In this document: piece by piece, positions 35,923-46,074 of the stretch
How the letters are laid out: each line of letters starts with the position of its first letter
Numbering within the stretch: the stretch's first letter is position 1
Virus record (IMG/VR): IMGVR_UViG_2974670102_000001
Coordinates: 160,001-224,000 of that record
DNA length: 64,000 nucleotides
DNA from: a virus
Lineage: Duplodnaviria; Caudoviricetes
Reading direction: 5' to 3' (one strand)
Translations under genes and position numbers: made by a program
The notes under the pieces: model-generated
Told to the model about the DNA's origin: nothing
The model's input: only the letters and a program-made list of their open reading frames with translations
Databases searched by the model: none

Positions 35923-36774
35923 ATGGCAACTTACAAACCCAGCTTCCCGCGCATCAACGAAGGTCTGAGTGCACCCTCCGACCAGACCGTGGTTCCGGTG
36001 CTGACGCCGCAAATGCGTGTCATCGGCTTTGCGTCCATCGCAAAGACAACGTTCACGGGCTCGGAAACGACGCTCACGCTCGCCTCCGGCCCGGTGCCGC
36101 TCGTCAGCGTGCAACTCGCGCCCACCGTGGACACGAACGATGTGAACGGCACGCGCGAAGTTCAAGAATTCATGGCCATCATGTGGCCTGAAAACGTGCA
36201 GTACCAGCGCCCGTGGATCGGCTATCCGGAACTCGTGCTCGCGGACGATCCGCACATGATCGACTACTGGGGCTTCTGGTCGCTGCCTGTCAACACCATC
36301 ATGTATCGCTTCAGCAAGGGCTACTACTTGACCGCACTCCAGTTCAATCTGGCTCCGGCCGCCGCGCGTGACGACACGACGCCGCCGACTCCGACGCCGC
36401 CGACCGATGGCGCTATCCGCTGGGCCGTGTCGCTCGACAAGGCAACCGTGCAGCAGACGTGTGCGTTCATCGACTTCAACTGGGTCGAACTGTTCAAGAC
36501 GAACCAGTACGTGATCGCCAAGGGCAACGACGGCCCGAACCCGCTGTCGATCTCGGTGACCCAGCAGCCGTCGACGGGCGAGTTCAAGGCGAGCGTGCTC
36601 AAGGGCATCGGCCAGTCGATCATCGGCCAGAACCAAGTGCTCTACGACACGATCCGTATTCTGCGCCTGCGTGACCCGCAGCCGGGCACGTACACGTTCA
36701 AGTTCGCGGTCACGGTCACGAACGAGACGGGAGCCCCGACGTATCCGGTCACCCTGACACTGACGGTGGTGTGA
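35923..36774 (+). CDS. Probable virion protein with C-terminal Ig-like strand pattern
   Basis: PT linker; PGTYTFKFAVT...VTLTLTVV. Confidence 0.6.
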   Translation: MATYKPSFPRINEGLSAPSDQTVVPVLTPQMRVIGFASIAKTTFTGSETTLTLASGPVPLVSVQLAPTVDTNDVNGTREVQEFMAIMWPENVQYQRPWIGYPELVLADDPHMIDYWGFWSLPVNTIMYRFSKGYYLTALQFNLAPAAARDDTTPPTPTPPTDGAIRWAVSLDKATVQQTCAFIDFNWVELFKTNQYVIAKGNDGPNPLSISVTQQPSTGEFKASVLKGIGQSIIGQNQVLYDTIRILRLRDPQPGTYTFKFAVTVTNETGAPTYPVTLTLTVV

Positions 36775-36776
36775 TC

Positions 36777-37178
36777 ATGGTCGCCAGCAAGCTTACGAAC
36801 AAGACGAGTGAGTCGGACCTTCGGAACCTTGCGGCGCTGGGCGAACCCCTCAGCCAATGGAACTTCGACCTCGTGGTCGGTGGTGAAATTGACTGGGAGG
36901 TTTCCCGCGTCGACGTGGAACGAGGCAAGATGCGGATCAAGCGACTGCTCACGACGACAAGCAACCCCAAGAACCTGACGAACAAGACGGTGGACCTGCG
37001 GCTGTATCAGTCAGTGGGCGACACCCCGAAATGGATCAGCGCAATCTACCAACTTGGTGATCGCGTGGGCGTCGAAATGAGCGTGAACGCAGGCGGCTCA
37101 CTGCACGATGCACCGCCCATCATGGTCACGGAGGTGTACGCGGTGAAGGGTCTGCTGTACTTCTCGCAGTCGCAGTAA
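36777..37178 (+). CDS. Hypothetical protein (weak tail-tube-like N-terminus)
   Basis: EPLSQWNFDLVV segment; coupled ORF. Confidence 0.45.
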   Translation: MVASKLTNKTSESDLRNLAALGEPLSQWNFDLVVGGEIDWEVSRVDVERGKMRIKRLLTTTSNPKNLTNKTVDLRLYQSVGDTPKWISAIYQLGDRVGVEMSVNAGGSLHDAPPIMVTEVYAVKGLLYFSQSQ

Positions 37179-37212
37179 ATAGCAACGTAATCACAAAACC
37201 AACACTCGTCAT

Positions 37213-38295
37213 ATGCGCGCACAGGTCGAAACTGTACTAATCAACGAGGCGGTGAAAGTCATCACTCGTCTCGCACCGCCAGTGAGCGGTGCAATCACGC
37301 TCGAATCGACGGGCGCGGTTCTCAAGGTCCACAGTCAGGCCGAACTGAGCCGCTGTTCCGTCACGCTTCCGTGTGAAGTGGAGGGCGAAATGCTGATCGC
37401 GGTTCCGACCGAAGCGATCAGCGCGGCTGTAAAGGGCCACGACTCCGTGGAACTGGAGTTGAAGCAATCGCTTCTCCGAATCACGGACGGCGCGTATAAC
37501 ACGCGACTCACGACGCAGGACGCTCTTGAACTCGAAATCGAAGAGGACAAGAGCGATGCGAAAGTCTGGAAGGTGAGTGCTGAGCAGCTTGCAGAACTAC
37601 ACTCCATGGTCAAGGCCGTGGCCCTGAAGCCCGTGGCCAACATGGCTACGTCCATCATGCCGATCTCGATCCGGCTGACGAAGAAGGGCGCGTTCGTTGC
37701 CTGCTACGACGCGAACCGCATGTGCTTCATGCAGAGCAAGGATTTGGTAGGAGACCTTGATATCACGGTCCCGCTCGATCTCATGAGTGCGGTGCTGGAC
37801 TCGTTTAAGGGCGCGTCCTGCACGATCAAGGTCACGGACTCGTTGGTCTATGTCCAGAACCCCGTGCTCGATGTGGTGCTCGCGCTCCCGGCCTCCGATG
37901 AAGACGCGGTGATCGACACGGACATGGTGCAGGAGAAAGCGCGCGAGGTCCGCAAGGTAGACGGCACGGTCATCGAGATCGTGAAGAAGGACATCATGGC
38001 GTTCATGGACAACGCGCGTGCGGTCGCAACCAAAGAGCGTTCGGAACTCGCAATCACCACCGACAAAGGCAAGATCGGGCTGCTGGTCAAGACCACGAAT
38101 GGCGTGTCGAAAACAAGCATCGGGGGCGGCGTCAACGCGAAGCTCTCGATGAAGGCCGACTTCGAATTCTTGGACGAGACGCTGCGCAAGTGCTCCGATC
38201 AAGTCCAGATCAAGTTCGTGGATGACGCGCAAGCCTTCATCATGGTCAAGGCCGCAAACGGCGTGTACTCGCTGGTCGCACTCAATCAGGACTGA
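37213..38295 (+). CDS. dnaN: Sliding clamp, DNA Pol III beta-like
   Basis: 360 aa with the three-domain alternating helix/strand pattern; 'VACYDANRM' at the VATDGHRL position; same module as DnaX. Confidence 0.75.
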   Translation: MRAQVETVLINEAVKVITRLAPPVSGAITLESTGAVLKVHSQAELSRCSVTLPCEVEGEMLIAVPTEAISAAVKGHDSVELELKQSLLRITDGAYNTRLTTQDALELEIEEDKSDAKVWKVSAEQLAELHSMVKAVALKPVANMATSIMPISIRLTKKGAFVACYDANRMCFMQSKDLVGDLDITVPLDLMSAVLDSFKGASCTIKVTDSLVYVQNPVLDVVLALPASDEDAVIDTDMVQEKAREVRKVDGTVIEIVKKDIMAFMDNARAVATKERSELAITTDKGKIGLLVKTTNGVSKTSIGGGVNAKLSMKADFEFLDETLRKCSDQVQIKFVDDAQAFIMVKAANGVYSLVALNQD

Positions 38296-38297
38296 CG

Positions 38298-38696
38298 ATG
38301 GAACAGACACAAGAATGTCGGCTGTACGTGCCGATGGAGCCGTACCTCTTCTATGAGTCGGAAGGCGGGTACGCTCTGAACAAGGGGCCACACACGCTGC
38401 CGCAGGATGCAGTCCTCAAAATAGGCGGCCCCATTCCGCTGTCCTGCATGTTCGATTGCTTCTGGCTACTGCACGAAGGCCAGAAGGTTGGCTACTACTT
38501 CCGCACCTCGTTTCAGGTGCAGAACGGTGGTGGCTATATCTGCGCCTACATGGGTGCTGCACGCGGACAGGCAGACAAGGTAGAAATCCTGCTGAACACC
38601 GAAGACCTCGTGGTGTTCCACTATCCGGGCAAGGGCACGATGATCATCAGCCCGCATGTCGGGCGAGAGGTCAACCAGATTTTCACGGAGCAGTGA
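38298..38696 (+). CDS. Hypothetical protein
   Basis: Tightly packed ORF. Confidence 0.6.
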   Translation: MEQTQECRLYVPMEPYLFYESEGGYALNKGPHTLPQDAVLKIGGPIPLSCMFDCFWLLHEGQKVGYYFRTSFQVQNGGGYICAYMGAARGQADKVEILLNTEDLVVFHYPGKGTMIISPHVGREVNQIFTEQ

Positions 38697-38917
38697 TGAA
38701 CATATTGAGCTACATGACGGCCGTTGTAGTGACGTCCATACTGGCAGTAGCGGGCGGTGTGGCCGGTGCGCGGTTCGCGACCCGCAAGCAAACGGAACTG
38801 GTATCGGCCGTAGTGCCGGGCCTTATTGGCTTTGGTGTAGGCTTCATGTCTGTCATGATCGTGATCTCGCTGCTCACTGACTACATGTTTGCAAAAGGAT
38901 ACATTCATGGCCACTGA
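38696..38917 (+). CDS. Small two-TM membrane protein
   Basis: Two hydrophobic segments; TGATG coupling. Confidence 0.6.
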   Translation: MNILSYMTAVVVTSILAVAGGVAGARFATRKQTELVSAVVPGLIGFGVGFMSVMIVISLLTDYMFAKGYIHGH

Positions 38918-39449
38918 ATCCGATCTCGCGTCATTTCTCGACGACTTGAAAGAGGACGCGAAATTCAAGAAGTTTCGGCTGATCTTGAAGAACACGCGCG
39001 AGAAGATGAAGATCGAGCGAGACAGGGCCGAGGCGTTGGGCCTCATGGCAAACCGGACCTCGCGCTCGCTACACGGCCGCAAGCAGTTCAGCCCGAAGTC
39101 GTTGCTCGAAGCCACGTCGAACGATCTGAGCGCACGCGCGCGGCTCGTCGAGATTCGTGTGCGTGCCAAGGTCAACATCGATCTGCTGGTAGAAGCCTGC
39201 GACGCGCTGCGAAACCACATCTACACCGAGTACGCGGACGAGATTCGACAGTTCGGATCGTCGGCAGAGCAACGCAAGGCACTGGTGGAGCGAGTGCAGG
39301 GCACGGCCCGCACCATGATCGTCGAGGCTAACGCCATGATCGACATGCTCGACCAGATCATCAAGGACATCGACAGCGCGAGCCATCACCTGCGTCACAT
39401 GGTGGACGTGCTGAAGCTGCTGGATGGCAGTAAAGGGAAGATCGTATGA
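38907..39449 (+). CDS. All-helical protein, possibly UvsY-like recombination mediator
   Basis: Coiled-coil character and proximity to the UvsW-like helicase; function inferred. Confidence 0.45.
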   Translation: MATESDLASFLDDLKEDAKFKKFRLILKNTREKMKIERDRAEALGLMANRTSRSLHGRKQFSPKSLLEATSNDLSARARLVEIRVRAKVNIDLLVEACDALRNHIYTEYADEIRQFGSSAEQRKALVERVQGTARTMIVEANAMIDMLDQIIKDIDSASHHLRHMVDVLKLLDGSKGKIV

Positions 39450-39676
39450 TCTGGACTGTCATACACGCCATCCTGAGCGGCATTGGCTGGTACTTCTGGG
39501 CGCTGTTCGGCATCTTCGTGATAGCGCTCGGCGGCGTCGGCGGGTTCTTCAGTGGCATGCTGTTCGCCTGCTTTGACGCCAATGATGGCCGCGAAGCCCC
39601 GCTGATCGTGCTCGGCACGCTGCTCGGGGTGGCAACCTCCCTCATCATCTACTGCAACTACGCACCACACCCGTGA
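39446..39676 (+). CDS. Small membrane protein
   Basis: Two hydrophobic segments. Confidence 0.6.
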   Translation: MIWTVIHAILSGIGWYFWALFGIFVIALGGVGGFFSGMLFACFDANDGREAPLIVLGTLLGVATSLIIYCNYAPHP

Positions 39677-40068
39677 TCGAAAAGTTCTACGAATGGATGC
39701 GTGGCGAAATCCTGCCCGAGCTATGGGAGCACTACAACCTACGCCGGGGGCCCGGGCCGCGAGAAATCGTGGGCCCCGTCCACTGTTGCGTACTGGTAGA
39801 ACGGCCGTCTGGTCCGTTCGAGTTGATGGTGCTGCGCCAAGACGACAAGGCAGTTCGCTACGCCACTTATCTGGCTTCGCTGTACGCGAAGTACTGGATC
39901 GAAAAGGCTCCGGCTCCGGGCCCATGTCGTCTGCGCCTACACGGAGTGCTTGCACGTGCAGCTATCATCGATATGGACCCTTCGTTCACCTACGCGTTCG
40001 ACGAGGCCATCACCATCGGCGGTGACGTTCCGTCATCAACCACTGTAACCCTGACACGGACACAATGA
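39673..40068 (+). CDS. Hypothetical protein
   Basis: Coupled ORF. Confidence 0.55.
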   Translation: MIEKFYEWMRGEILPELWEHYNLRRGPGPREIVGPVHCCVLVERPSGPFELMVLRQDDKAVRYATYLASLYAKYWIEKAPAPGPCRLRLHGVLARAAIIDMDPSFTYAFDEAITIGGDVPSSTTVTLTRTQ

Positions 40069-40568
40069 TGAACATCATCATCCTGCGAAACAACAACACC
40101 AACATCGATGCATGCGCCTGCTTGGATCGGGACACGAACACGATCCTTGCCTCGATCACGGCCGATCAGGTCATGAGCCCGATTGGCTCTGTCCAGTTCA
40201 CGCCCGGCGTCCTGACCAATCAGGAACAGTTCATCCGGGCTCTGCAATTCATCAACATCGAGTGTCAGAACTCGTACGGCGGCCGGATGCGCCTGAAGCT
40301 GGAGAACACGCAGGCCGTGGCCTTCGCGCTTGCGATGTCGGCACTCGTCGACTCGGACGACGCTACAGTGGTCAGCGCGTGGACGAACCTGTCGTTCGAG
40401 ATCACGCTGTCGAGCATCACGGATACCGGGGCTTCGCAGTCCGTGCGATTCGTTGGCAAAAACCTGACTGGCTTGAAGACCATCGTACGTGCCCAGAACG
40501 TTACGATGTTCATCCAATCGAAGTTGGGTTCGATCCAACGTCCTGCGGGCACGAGCATCGGTGGCTGA
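40065..40568 (+). CDS. Hypothetical protein
   Basis: Coupled ORF. Confidence 0.6.
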   Translation: MMNIIILRNNNTNIDACACLDRDTNTILASITADQVMSPIGSVQFTPGVLTNQEQFIRALQFINIECQNSYGGRMRLKLENTQAVAFALAMSALVDSDDATVVSAWTNLSFEITLSSITDTGASQSVRFVGKNLTGLKTIVRAQNVTMFIQSKLGSIQRPAGTSIGG

Positions 40569-42102
40569 GGTAAAGCCGATCACGGTGCACGCCCGTGAGG
40601 CTTTCTTCATCAAAAAGCAGGACCTCCCATTGGACGTGCGGGAGGAACTGATCGAGAAGTACAAGTTCCGGTTCTACGAAGACAAGTCGTGCAAGCAGTG
40701 CGAATTCTTCGAAGACCGGCACTCGGATGCCTGTGACAACTGCGGCGCGTTCTTGGGCGGTGCCGACCTAGCGTCTGTCGTCAAGATGGGCGAGAAGGAC
40801 TTCATCAAGACGCCTCTTGGTGACGCGGGCGGCCTGAAGCAGGTGCTCGAAAAGAGCGACATCCAGTTCAAGTTCAAGAAGCACTTCCCGGACAAGGCAT
40901 TCAGTAGGCCGATCAAGTTCACGGGCACGCTGAAGGACTATCAGCCGGGGGCCGTGGAAGCGATCCTGAAGCGCAAGCGCGGGGTCCTGAAGGCACCACC
41001 GCGTTCGGGCAAGACCGTGATGGGCGCGGCGGCCGTATGTCAACTCGGCAAGAAGACGATCATCATGGCGTCTCAGCGTGAGTGGATCATGGGCTTCCAA
41101 GAGACGTTCATCGGGTCCGACACGCAGGCGGCACTGACCGACTGCCGCAAGGACAAGATCGGTTTGTGCAAGACGTACGAAGATTTTCTGAAGTACGATA
41201 TCTGTCTCGTTACGTGCCAGACGTTCTGGAGTGATAAAGGACGGAAGCTTTTGCGCAAGGTTCGCGACATGTTCGCGATGTTGCTCGTCGACGAAATCCA
41301 CACGGGTGCGGCACCGAAGTACGCATCGGTTATCGCGGCGCTGAACTGCGAATACAAGATCGGACTCAGCGGTACGCCGAACCGCAAGGACGGCCGCTAC
41401 GTGCTGATGCGGAACCTGATGGGTCCGGTGATTGCCGATATCAAGGTCGAGCGCTTGCGCCCGCACGTGCGTCTCGTCAAGACCGCGTATTCGCAGAACA
41501 CGAAGGGGCAGGTGCAGTGGACGCGACTGGTATCTGGAATCGAGAACAACCCGCAGCGCCTGAAGCTGATTGCTGAGTGGGCGGTGAAGGACGCGAACAA
41601 CGGGCACATGATCCTGATCCCGATGGCGCTGACGAAGCCGATTAAGGCGTTGGTGGCCGCCATCAACAAGATCGCGGGTGCCGAGATCGCGAAGCCGTTC
41701 CTTGGGTCCGGCTCGATGAAGAAGACGGATCGAGACCGCATCCTTCAGGAAGCGCGCCAGTACAAGATCAAGGTGCTGGTGGGGACGACGAAGCTGCTGA
41801 CGACGGGCACGAACATTCCGCGTGCCTCGGCCCTGTACCTGCTCACCCCGTCCTCCAACATGGAGAACGCGGAACAGCGCGGGGCCCGGGTGCTGACGCC
41901 GTTCGAGGGCAAGCCAACGCCGATCTGGCGTATCTTCCTCGACAACGTTGGCGTAAGTCGTCGATGCCTAGCGAATGAGTGGTGGGGTTGCATGAAGCCG
42001 AAGTTCAAGCCGGTCATGACCGACAAGGACGAGAAGATGTTGCTCGATTACCTGAAGCAGAAGGGTAACGGTGGCTCGATGGAAGGTCGCATCGAACTGT
42101 AA
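40561..42102 (+). CDS. uvsW: SF2 DNA helicase, UvsW-like, with N-terminal C4 zinc ribbon
   Basis: LKDYQ, APPRSGKT, DEIH, GLSGTP.RKDG, TGTNIP, QRGARVL; CKQC..CDNC. Confidence 0.85.
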   Translation: MAEVKPITVHAREAFFIKKQDLPLDVREELIEKYKFRFYEDKSCKQCEFFEDRHSDACDNCGAFLGGADLASVVKMGEKDFIKTPLGDAGGLKQVLEKSDIQFKFKKHFPDKAFSRPIKFTGTLKDYQPGAVEAILKRKRGVLKAPPRSGKTVMGAAAVCQLGKKTIIMASQREWIMGFQETFIGSDTQAALTDCRKDKIGLCKTYEDFLKYDICLVTCQTFWSDKGRKLLRKVRDMFAMLLVDEIHTGAAPKYASVIAALNCEYKIGLSGTPNRKDGRYVLMRNLMGPVIADIKVERLRPHVRLVKTAYSQNTKGQVQWTRLVSGIENNPQRLKLIAEWAVKDANNGHMILIPMALTKPIKALVAAINKIAGAEIAKPFLGSGSMKKTDRDRILQEARQYKIKVLVGTTKLLTTGTNIPRASALYLLTPSSNMENAEQRGARVLTPFEGKPTPIWRIFLDNVGVSRRCLANEWWGCMKPKFKPVMTDKDEKMLLDYLKQKGNGGSMEGRIEL

Positions 42103-42112
42103 GGAGTTGATA

Positions 42113-42475
42113 ATGAGGATTCACAAGCGGATGCCCGCGCGGCTCCGGAAGAAGTTGATGCAGAAGCAGCGGCCGTTTGGCACATACACCAGCACGCGGG
42201 GTGTTGCCATTCTCGATGCCATCATCGGTAAGGAATTGCCCGGCGTTGGTATCGAAAACACCATCCAGAAATGCCGCGCCATGTTCGACGAGCGTGCTAA
42301 CATAGACGCAGAGGCACGTGCGCGGGCCGAGCGTGTTGGACTGGCTGATGAGTACAACGAGCAGCAGTACTGGCCAGAAGTTCCGGCAGGGGACCGCGTG
42401 GACCTGAAGCGTGGCCGCCGTGGTGGCACTGTAGTGGAATTCGGCGTGGGTGATATCCACGTCTGGTCCAAGTGA
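42113..42475 (+). CDS. Hypothetical protein
   Basis: AAGGAG SD. Confidence 0.6.
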   Translation: MRIHKRMPARLRKKLMQKQRPFGTYTSTRGVAILDAIIGKELPGVGIENTIQKCRAMFDERANIDAEARARAERVGLADEYNEQQYWPEVPAGDRVDLKRGRRGGTVVEFGVGDIHVWSK

Positions 42476-42485
42476 CGCAGTAAAT

Positions 42486-42525
42486 AAGAGGGGCGGACAC
42501 CCTAGTGTCTTGCCCCTTTTATTTT
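42486..42525 (+). terminator. Intrinsic terminator
   Basis: AGGGGCGGACAC/GTGTCTTGCCCCT plus T run. Confidence 0.75.
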
Positions 42526-42574
42526 GTGTACGAATGGTGTATAGTGCGCGCAGCACACTAACAGACGAGGACTG

Positions 42575-43351
42575 ATGGAAGCAATCAAGGGCGGGGCTCA
42601 GGGCCCCCGGCGCGGGCGTGGCCCGTACCGCAAGAAGGAAACGCCGGTCAAATACGACCCGGCCGATGACATCGCGAACGAGACACCGGCACCTGATATC
42701 GACGACGAACCCGCACCGAAGGCCAAGAAAGTAGAGGTCGAGGGTGCCGTATGTTCGGTCCCGATGCCCAAGGTGATTGAGGTGAAGCGGACGCCCGGTG
42801 TGCTGGGCGTCGTACCCGGCTGGGTATGGCGGTGCTCGAAGTTCCGGTGGCAACCGCGTGATTTCGGAACCGAGAACGAGAGGTTGCGCGAACGCGTGAT
42901 CGACAGCAGCGTTCAGGACAGTAGCCTGTGCCGATTCCTCGAAGACCCGACAACGCCCATGACGTACTGTGTGGCCGGTTCTCCGGACGACCGGCAGGCC
43001 CTGTACTTTGCGGCCTATCTGGTGTCCGAGTTCCAGCGGCGTAGCCACAACGCAGTCGTCTGGCACAATCTGTACGGAGGGTTCGACAATCCCGTGCTCA
43101 AGAAGTACGACGATGACTCGAACATCCCGGACCCGGGTTTGCTGGTGCTCACGAACCTGAGCCCGCAAGCCACAAACACAAAGCTGGACAAGACGCGTGA
43201 CTTGCTCACGCGTTTTGCTGGTATCCCGCGTATCCTCGTGGTGGCAGGCGAGGACCCGATTTCTTTCTGCGCAGCGCGCCTCAACGTCGAGGTCAATGCG
43301 ATTGCGTATTTCCGTGGCAACACGTTGAAGCAACGAGTAGAGGTGATTTGA
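42575..43351 (+). CDS. Possible degenerate AAA+ (DnaC-like helicase loader)
   Basis: Strand/helix order of an AAA+ core (YCVAGS, LLVLTNL, RILVVAG) without an intact Walker A. Confidence 0.4.
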   Translation: MEAIKGGAQGPRRGRGPYRKKETPVKYDPADDIANETPAPDIDDEPAPKAKKVEVEGAVCSVPMPKVIEVKRTPGVLGVVPGWVWRCSKFRWQPRDFGTENERLRERVIDSSVQDSSLCRFLEDPTTPMTYCVAGSPDDRQALYFAAYLVSEFQRRSHNAVVWHNLYGGFDNPVLKKYDDDSNIPDPGLLVLTNLSPQATNTKLDKTRDLLTRFAGIPRILVVAGEDPISFCAARLNVEVNAIAYFRGNTLKQRVEVI

Positions 43352-43692
43352 TGGCAGTAGTCAGAACCGCGCTGTACATTCAGGACCTGCTGGGTCCGCT
43401 GCACGAAGCGTACGTCGACTTTCATTACCAGCACGGCCGCAACCTGAAAAACGATCCGGACCTTACCCGCGTGTTGCGCGAGACCATTACGAAGGTGTTG
43501 GAGACGAACCTAGCGTTAGGCATCATGTGGGGGCTGTACGTGGGCGACTACAGCACGAGCCGAGCCGTGAACGTGAACGGCAAATGGGAACCCAACTGCG
43601 CGGTGCGTGTGTCCATCGACCTGTACGACGTTCGATTCATCATCGACCTGTCGAGCGTAGGTCCCGTCCTCAGCATGGAGGACGTGGCATGA
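43351..43692 (+). CDS. Hypothetical protein
   Basis: Coupled ORF. Confidence 0.6.
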   Translation: MAVVRTALYIQDLLGPLHEAYVDFHYQHGRNLKNDPDLTRVLRETITKVLETNLALGIMWGLYVGDYSTSRAVNVNGKWEPNCAVRVSIDLYDVRFIIDLSSVGPVLSMEDVA

Positions 43693-43970
43693 GGATCACG
43701 ATCAGCACCGAGTACAAGCTGTCGGTCATCAGCGAATGGAAGTGGCTGAACGGCCAGAAGTCTATCAGCTTCATCGACGGGAGCCCGCGCATCCTGCTGG
43801 GTGGCCGCGAGTCCGTAGCGTTCCCGGTGGAAGTGGGCAACATCTACATGCGGGACCCGAAGAACCCGGGTCTCGATTACAAGATCGTGCGGCCCCGCGA
43901 TCTCAAGAGCTTCGTCTCGTACGAGACTTATGCTAAAATTCTCGAACTTCAACAGGAGGTATGGAAATGA
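43689..43970 (+). CDS. Hypothetical protein
   Basis: GGAGG SD, ATGA overlap. Confidence 0.6.
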   Translation: MRITISTEYKLSVISEWKWLNGQKSISFIDGSPRILLGGRESVAFPVEVGNIYMRDPKNPGLDYKIVRPRDLKSFVSYETYAKILELQQEVWK

Positions 43971-45802
43971 CCGAAGCTCAACTGAACCAGATACGCTCGG
44001 ACGCTCTTGACCTGACCATCAAGAGCGCGACTCTGGTTGTCGAGGGTTACCTACGCAACAACATCAACGAGACGGGCCCGAAGCTGCGCGATGGTGTGAC
44101 GGCACTGATGCTGGAACGATTCTTTCTCTACTGCTCCGTCGTCATCGTTAAGGAATCGGGGCGCGTGCGTGCCTCGGTGGATGGCACGCTTCGTGCGTTC
44201 CATACCGATGAACTGTCCTTTCAACGCAAATTCGAAGTGGAAGTCCTGAACGTGGAAAAACCCATCTACATCAACGGTGAAAAAGCGGAACGCGCTATCT
44301 GCGCGGCATTCGTGATAGCGAGCGCGGCATGCTCAACGTCGCAGGAAGTGGAGGCCACGATGCACCGCGAGATTCGGGCGCAGGGCATTCGCAACTACCG
44401 CCTTGAGTTGGGCGATCAGCCGACGCTCATGCTCCGCGCGGACCCGGAACGCGGGCTCGACGCAGCGTGCACCATCAACCTGCTGAGCAGTTCGTCGGTC
44501 GCGGAAGCGCCGGTCGCTGTCACGCTGGTGGACGAGAAGCGCAAGAGCAACATCATCGAGGACGATGCACGCGAGGCTGCAACCGTCGTGTCCAAGTACG
44601 CGCGCAATCTGGCGTACACACTGCGCCGTAGCAGTCCGGCTCAGGTGCGTGCTGGGCTCACGGCGCAGGTCGAGCAAGCGTTCAGTGAAAAGTTCACGGA
44701 CATCATGACGAATGTGCGCGTCTACGACGACGTGTCCGGTGCCGAGTTCGAGGTCACGGCTCGTCACCGGCTCATGCAGGCCGTGCACCACATCAAGTTC
44801 CACGTGGATTTCGTGCACGAGTTGAGCATCGAGGAACTGCGCTCGGCTCTCGACACGGCCTTCCGTATCAGTGTCGGTGCCCGCTGTGGCAACGACCACA
44901 ACGCGCATCACGACAAGATCAAGCAAGACCTGACGGACGCGGCGTACGCATACGACGAGCACATCCAGTGCGCGTTTTCGTTGCTATCGTCTGCGGCTGG
45001 CCTGCAATGCGTTGTCACTGTAGTGGACCCCGAGTATGACCGCGTACCGGATTCATCCGTGGCGTTCGCACTGTTCGTTCCGGTGGCTGGCATACAGGAG
45101 CCGGGAATGGTAGAGCGCGACCCGTACGAGTTGGTCGAGTCGGGTCACGGCGGCATGAAGGTGGCGCTCGCGAAGCTGGACGATGACGACGTGGAAGACG
45201 ATCTCGATGAAGGTGATAGTGAGGGATGTCAGTCCGAAGAGCCGCAAGTCGAGTACGACGTGCCGTCGCGTGGTATGGCAGTCGATATGGCGGCCAATGC
45301 ATCCCGCCTGCAATCGCAGTTGAGCAAGGACTCGGCCTTCGCGTGGTCGTGGCACGACCAATACGCGCAGTCGATCCTGCCGTTCATGAACATGGGCAAC
45401 AAGCCGGACAAGTTCCTGAAGGCAAACTCTATCGCCCGGCAGATCATGATCAACACATGGGGCATCGACTCGAAGAAGCTGCCCGAGTGGCGTGCTGGTG
45501 TCGAAGCTGTGGCCGAACGTCTCGAACACGAGCGTCAGGAACGCATCAAGGATCGTGAGCGCATCTGGAAACTGGTGTACCAGTCGTGCAAGAACGCATT
45601 CAAGGCAGGTATCGATGAGGCTGGTATCGAAACACTGCTCGCGGGCGTCGGTGACTCGCTCGGTGACGGCTGGTCCGTCGGTGTCGCGTTCTATCAGCGC
45701 TCGGACGAAGAGTACCGGACGGCACGCATTACCGTCCGGAACGAGGATGGTGAGCGCACGTTCACGGGCCAGTGCTCCGACTACCACCCCGAGAACAACT
45801 GA
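43967..45802 (+). CDS. Large multidomain hypothetical protein
   Basis: AGGAGG SD; acidic linker; last domain paralogous to 45802..46071. Confidence 0.7.
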   Translation: MTEAQLNQIRSDALDLTIKSATLVVEGYLRNNINETGPKLRDGVTALMLERFFLYCSVVIVKESGRVRASVDGTLRAFHTDELSFQRKFEVEVLNVEKPIYINGEKAERAICAAFVIASAACSTSQEVEATMHREIRAQGIRNYRLELGDQPTLMLRADPERGLDAACTINLLSSSSVAEAPVAVTLVDEKRKSNIIEDDAREAATVVSKYARNLAYTLRRSSPAQVRAGLTAQVEQAFSEKFTDIMTNVRVYDDVSGAEFEVTARHRLMQAVHHIKFHVDFVHELSIEELRSALDTAFRISVGARCGNDHNAHHDKIKQDLTDAAYAYDEHIQCAFSLLSSAAGLQCVVTVVDPEYDRVPDSSVAFALFVPVAGIQEPGMVERDPYELVESGHGGMKVALAKLDDDDVEDDLDEGDSEGCQSEEPQVEYDVPSRGMAVDMAANASRLQSQLSKDSAFAWSWHDQYAQSILPFMNMGNKPDKFLKANSIARQIMINTWGIDSKKLPEWRAGVEAVAERLEHERQERIKDRERIWKLVYQSCKNAFKAGIDEAGIETLLAGVGDSLGDGWSVGVAFYQRSDEEYRTARITVRNEDGERTFTGQCSDYHPENN

Positions 45803-46071
45803 TGCCGGACGCCGTACAGGAAATGTTGGCAGCATCTGTTCGTGGAGACGCGTGGTCGAAGCTGACTAACGCGTGCCTCACGGCAATGCGCTGCGGCGAT
45901 TCACCGGCCGGTATTCGTGCCGCCGTCGCGGTTGTGGCCGCGCGACTGGGCCCAGATTGGCGTGTGGTCGTGACCGTGGAACGCCCCAACTGCGTTTTCA
46001 TGCGGGTCACGAAGAACGCAAACCCTACGCTGGATTTTTCCGGCGCGTGTTACCTAACCCCAATGGAGTGA
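45802..46071 (+). CDS. Hypothetical protein, paralog of the preceding C-terminal domain
   Basis: W......C..A...G...AGI....A.V...LG..W.V.V...F.G.C shared. Confidence 0.6.
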   Translation: MPDAVQEMLAASVRGDAWSKLTNACLTAMRCGDSPAGIRAAVAVVAARLGPDWRVVVTVERPNCVFMRVTKNANPTLDFSGACYLTPME

Positions 46072-46074
46072 CTG

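Noticed and set aside
42517-42545. Sigma70 promoter at TATAGT 42540
   Set aside because: Poor -35 (TTTTAT) and no extended -10; not supported enough to list
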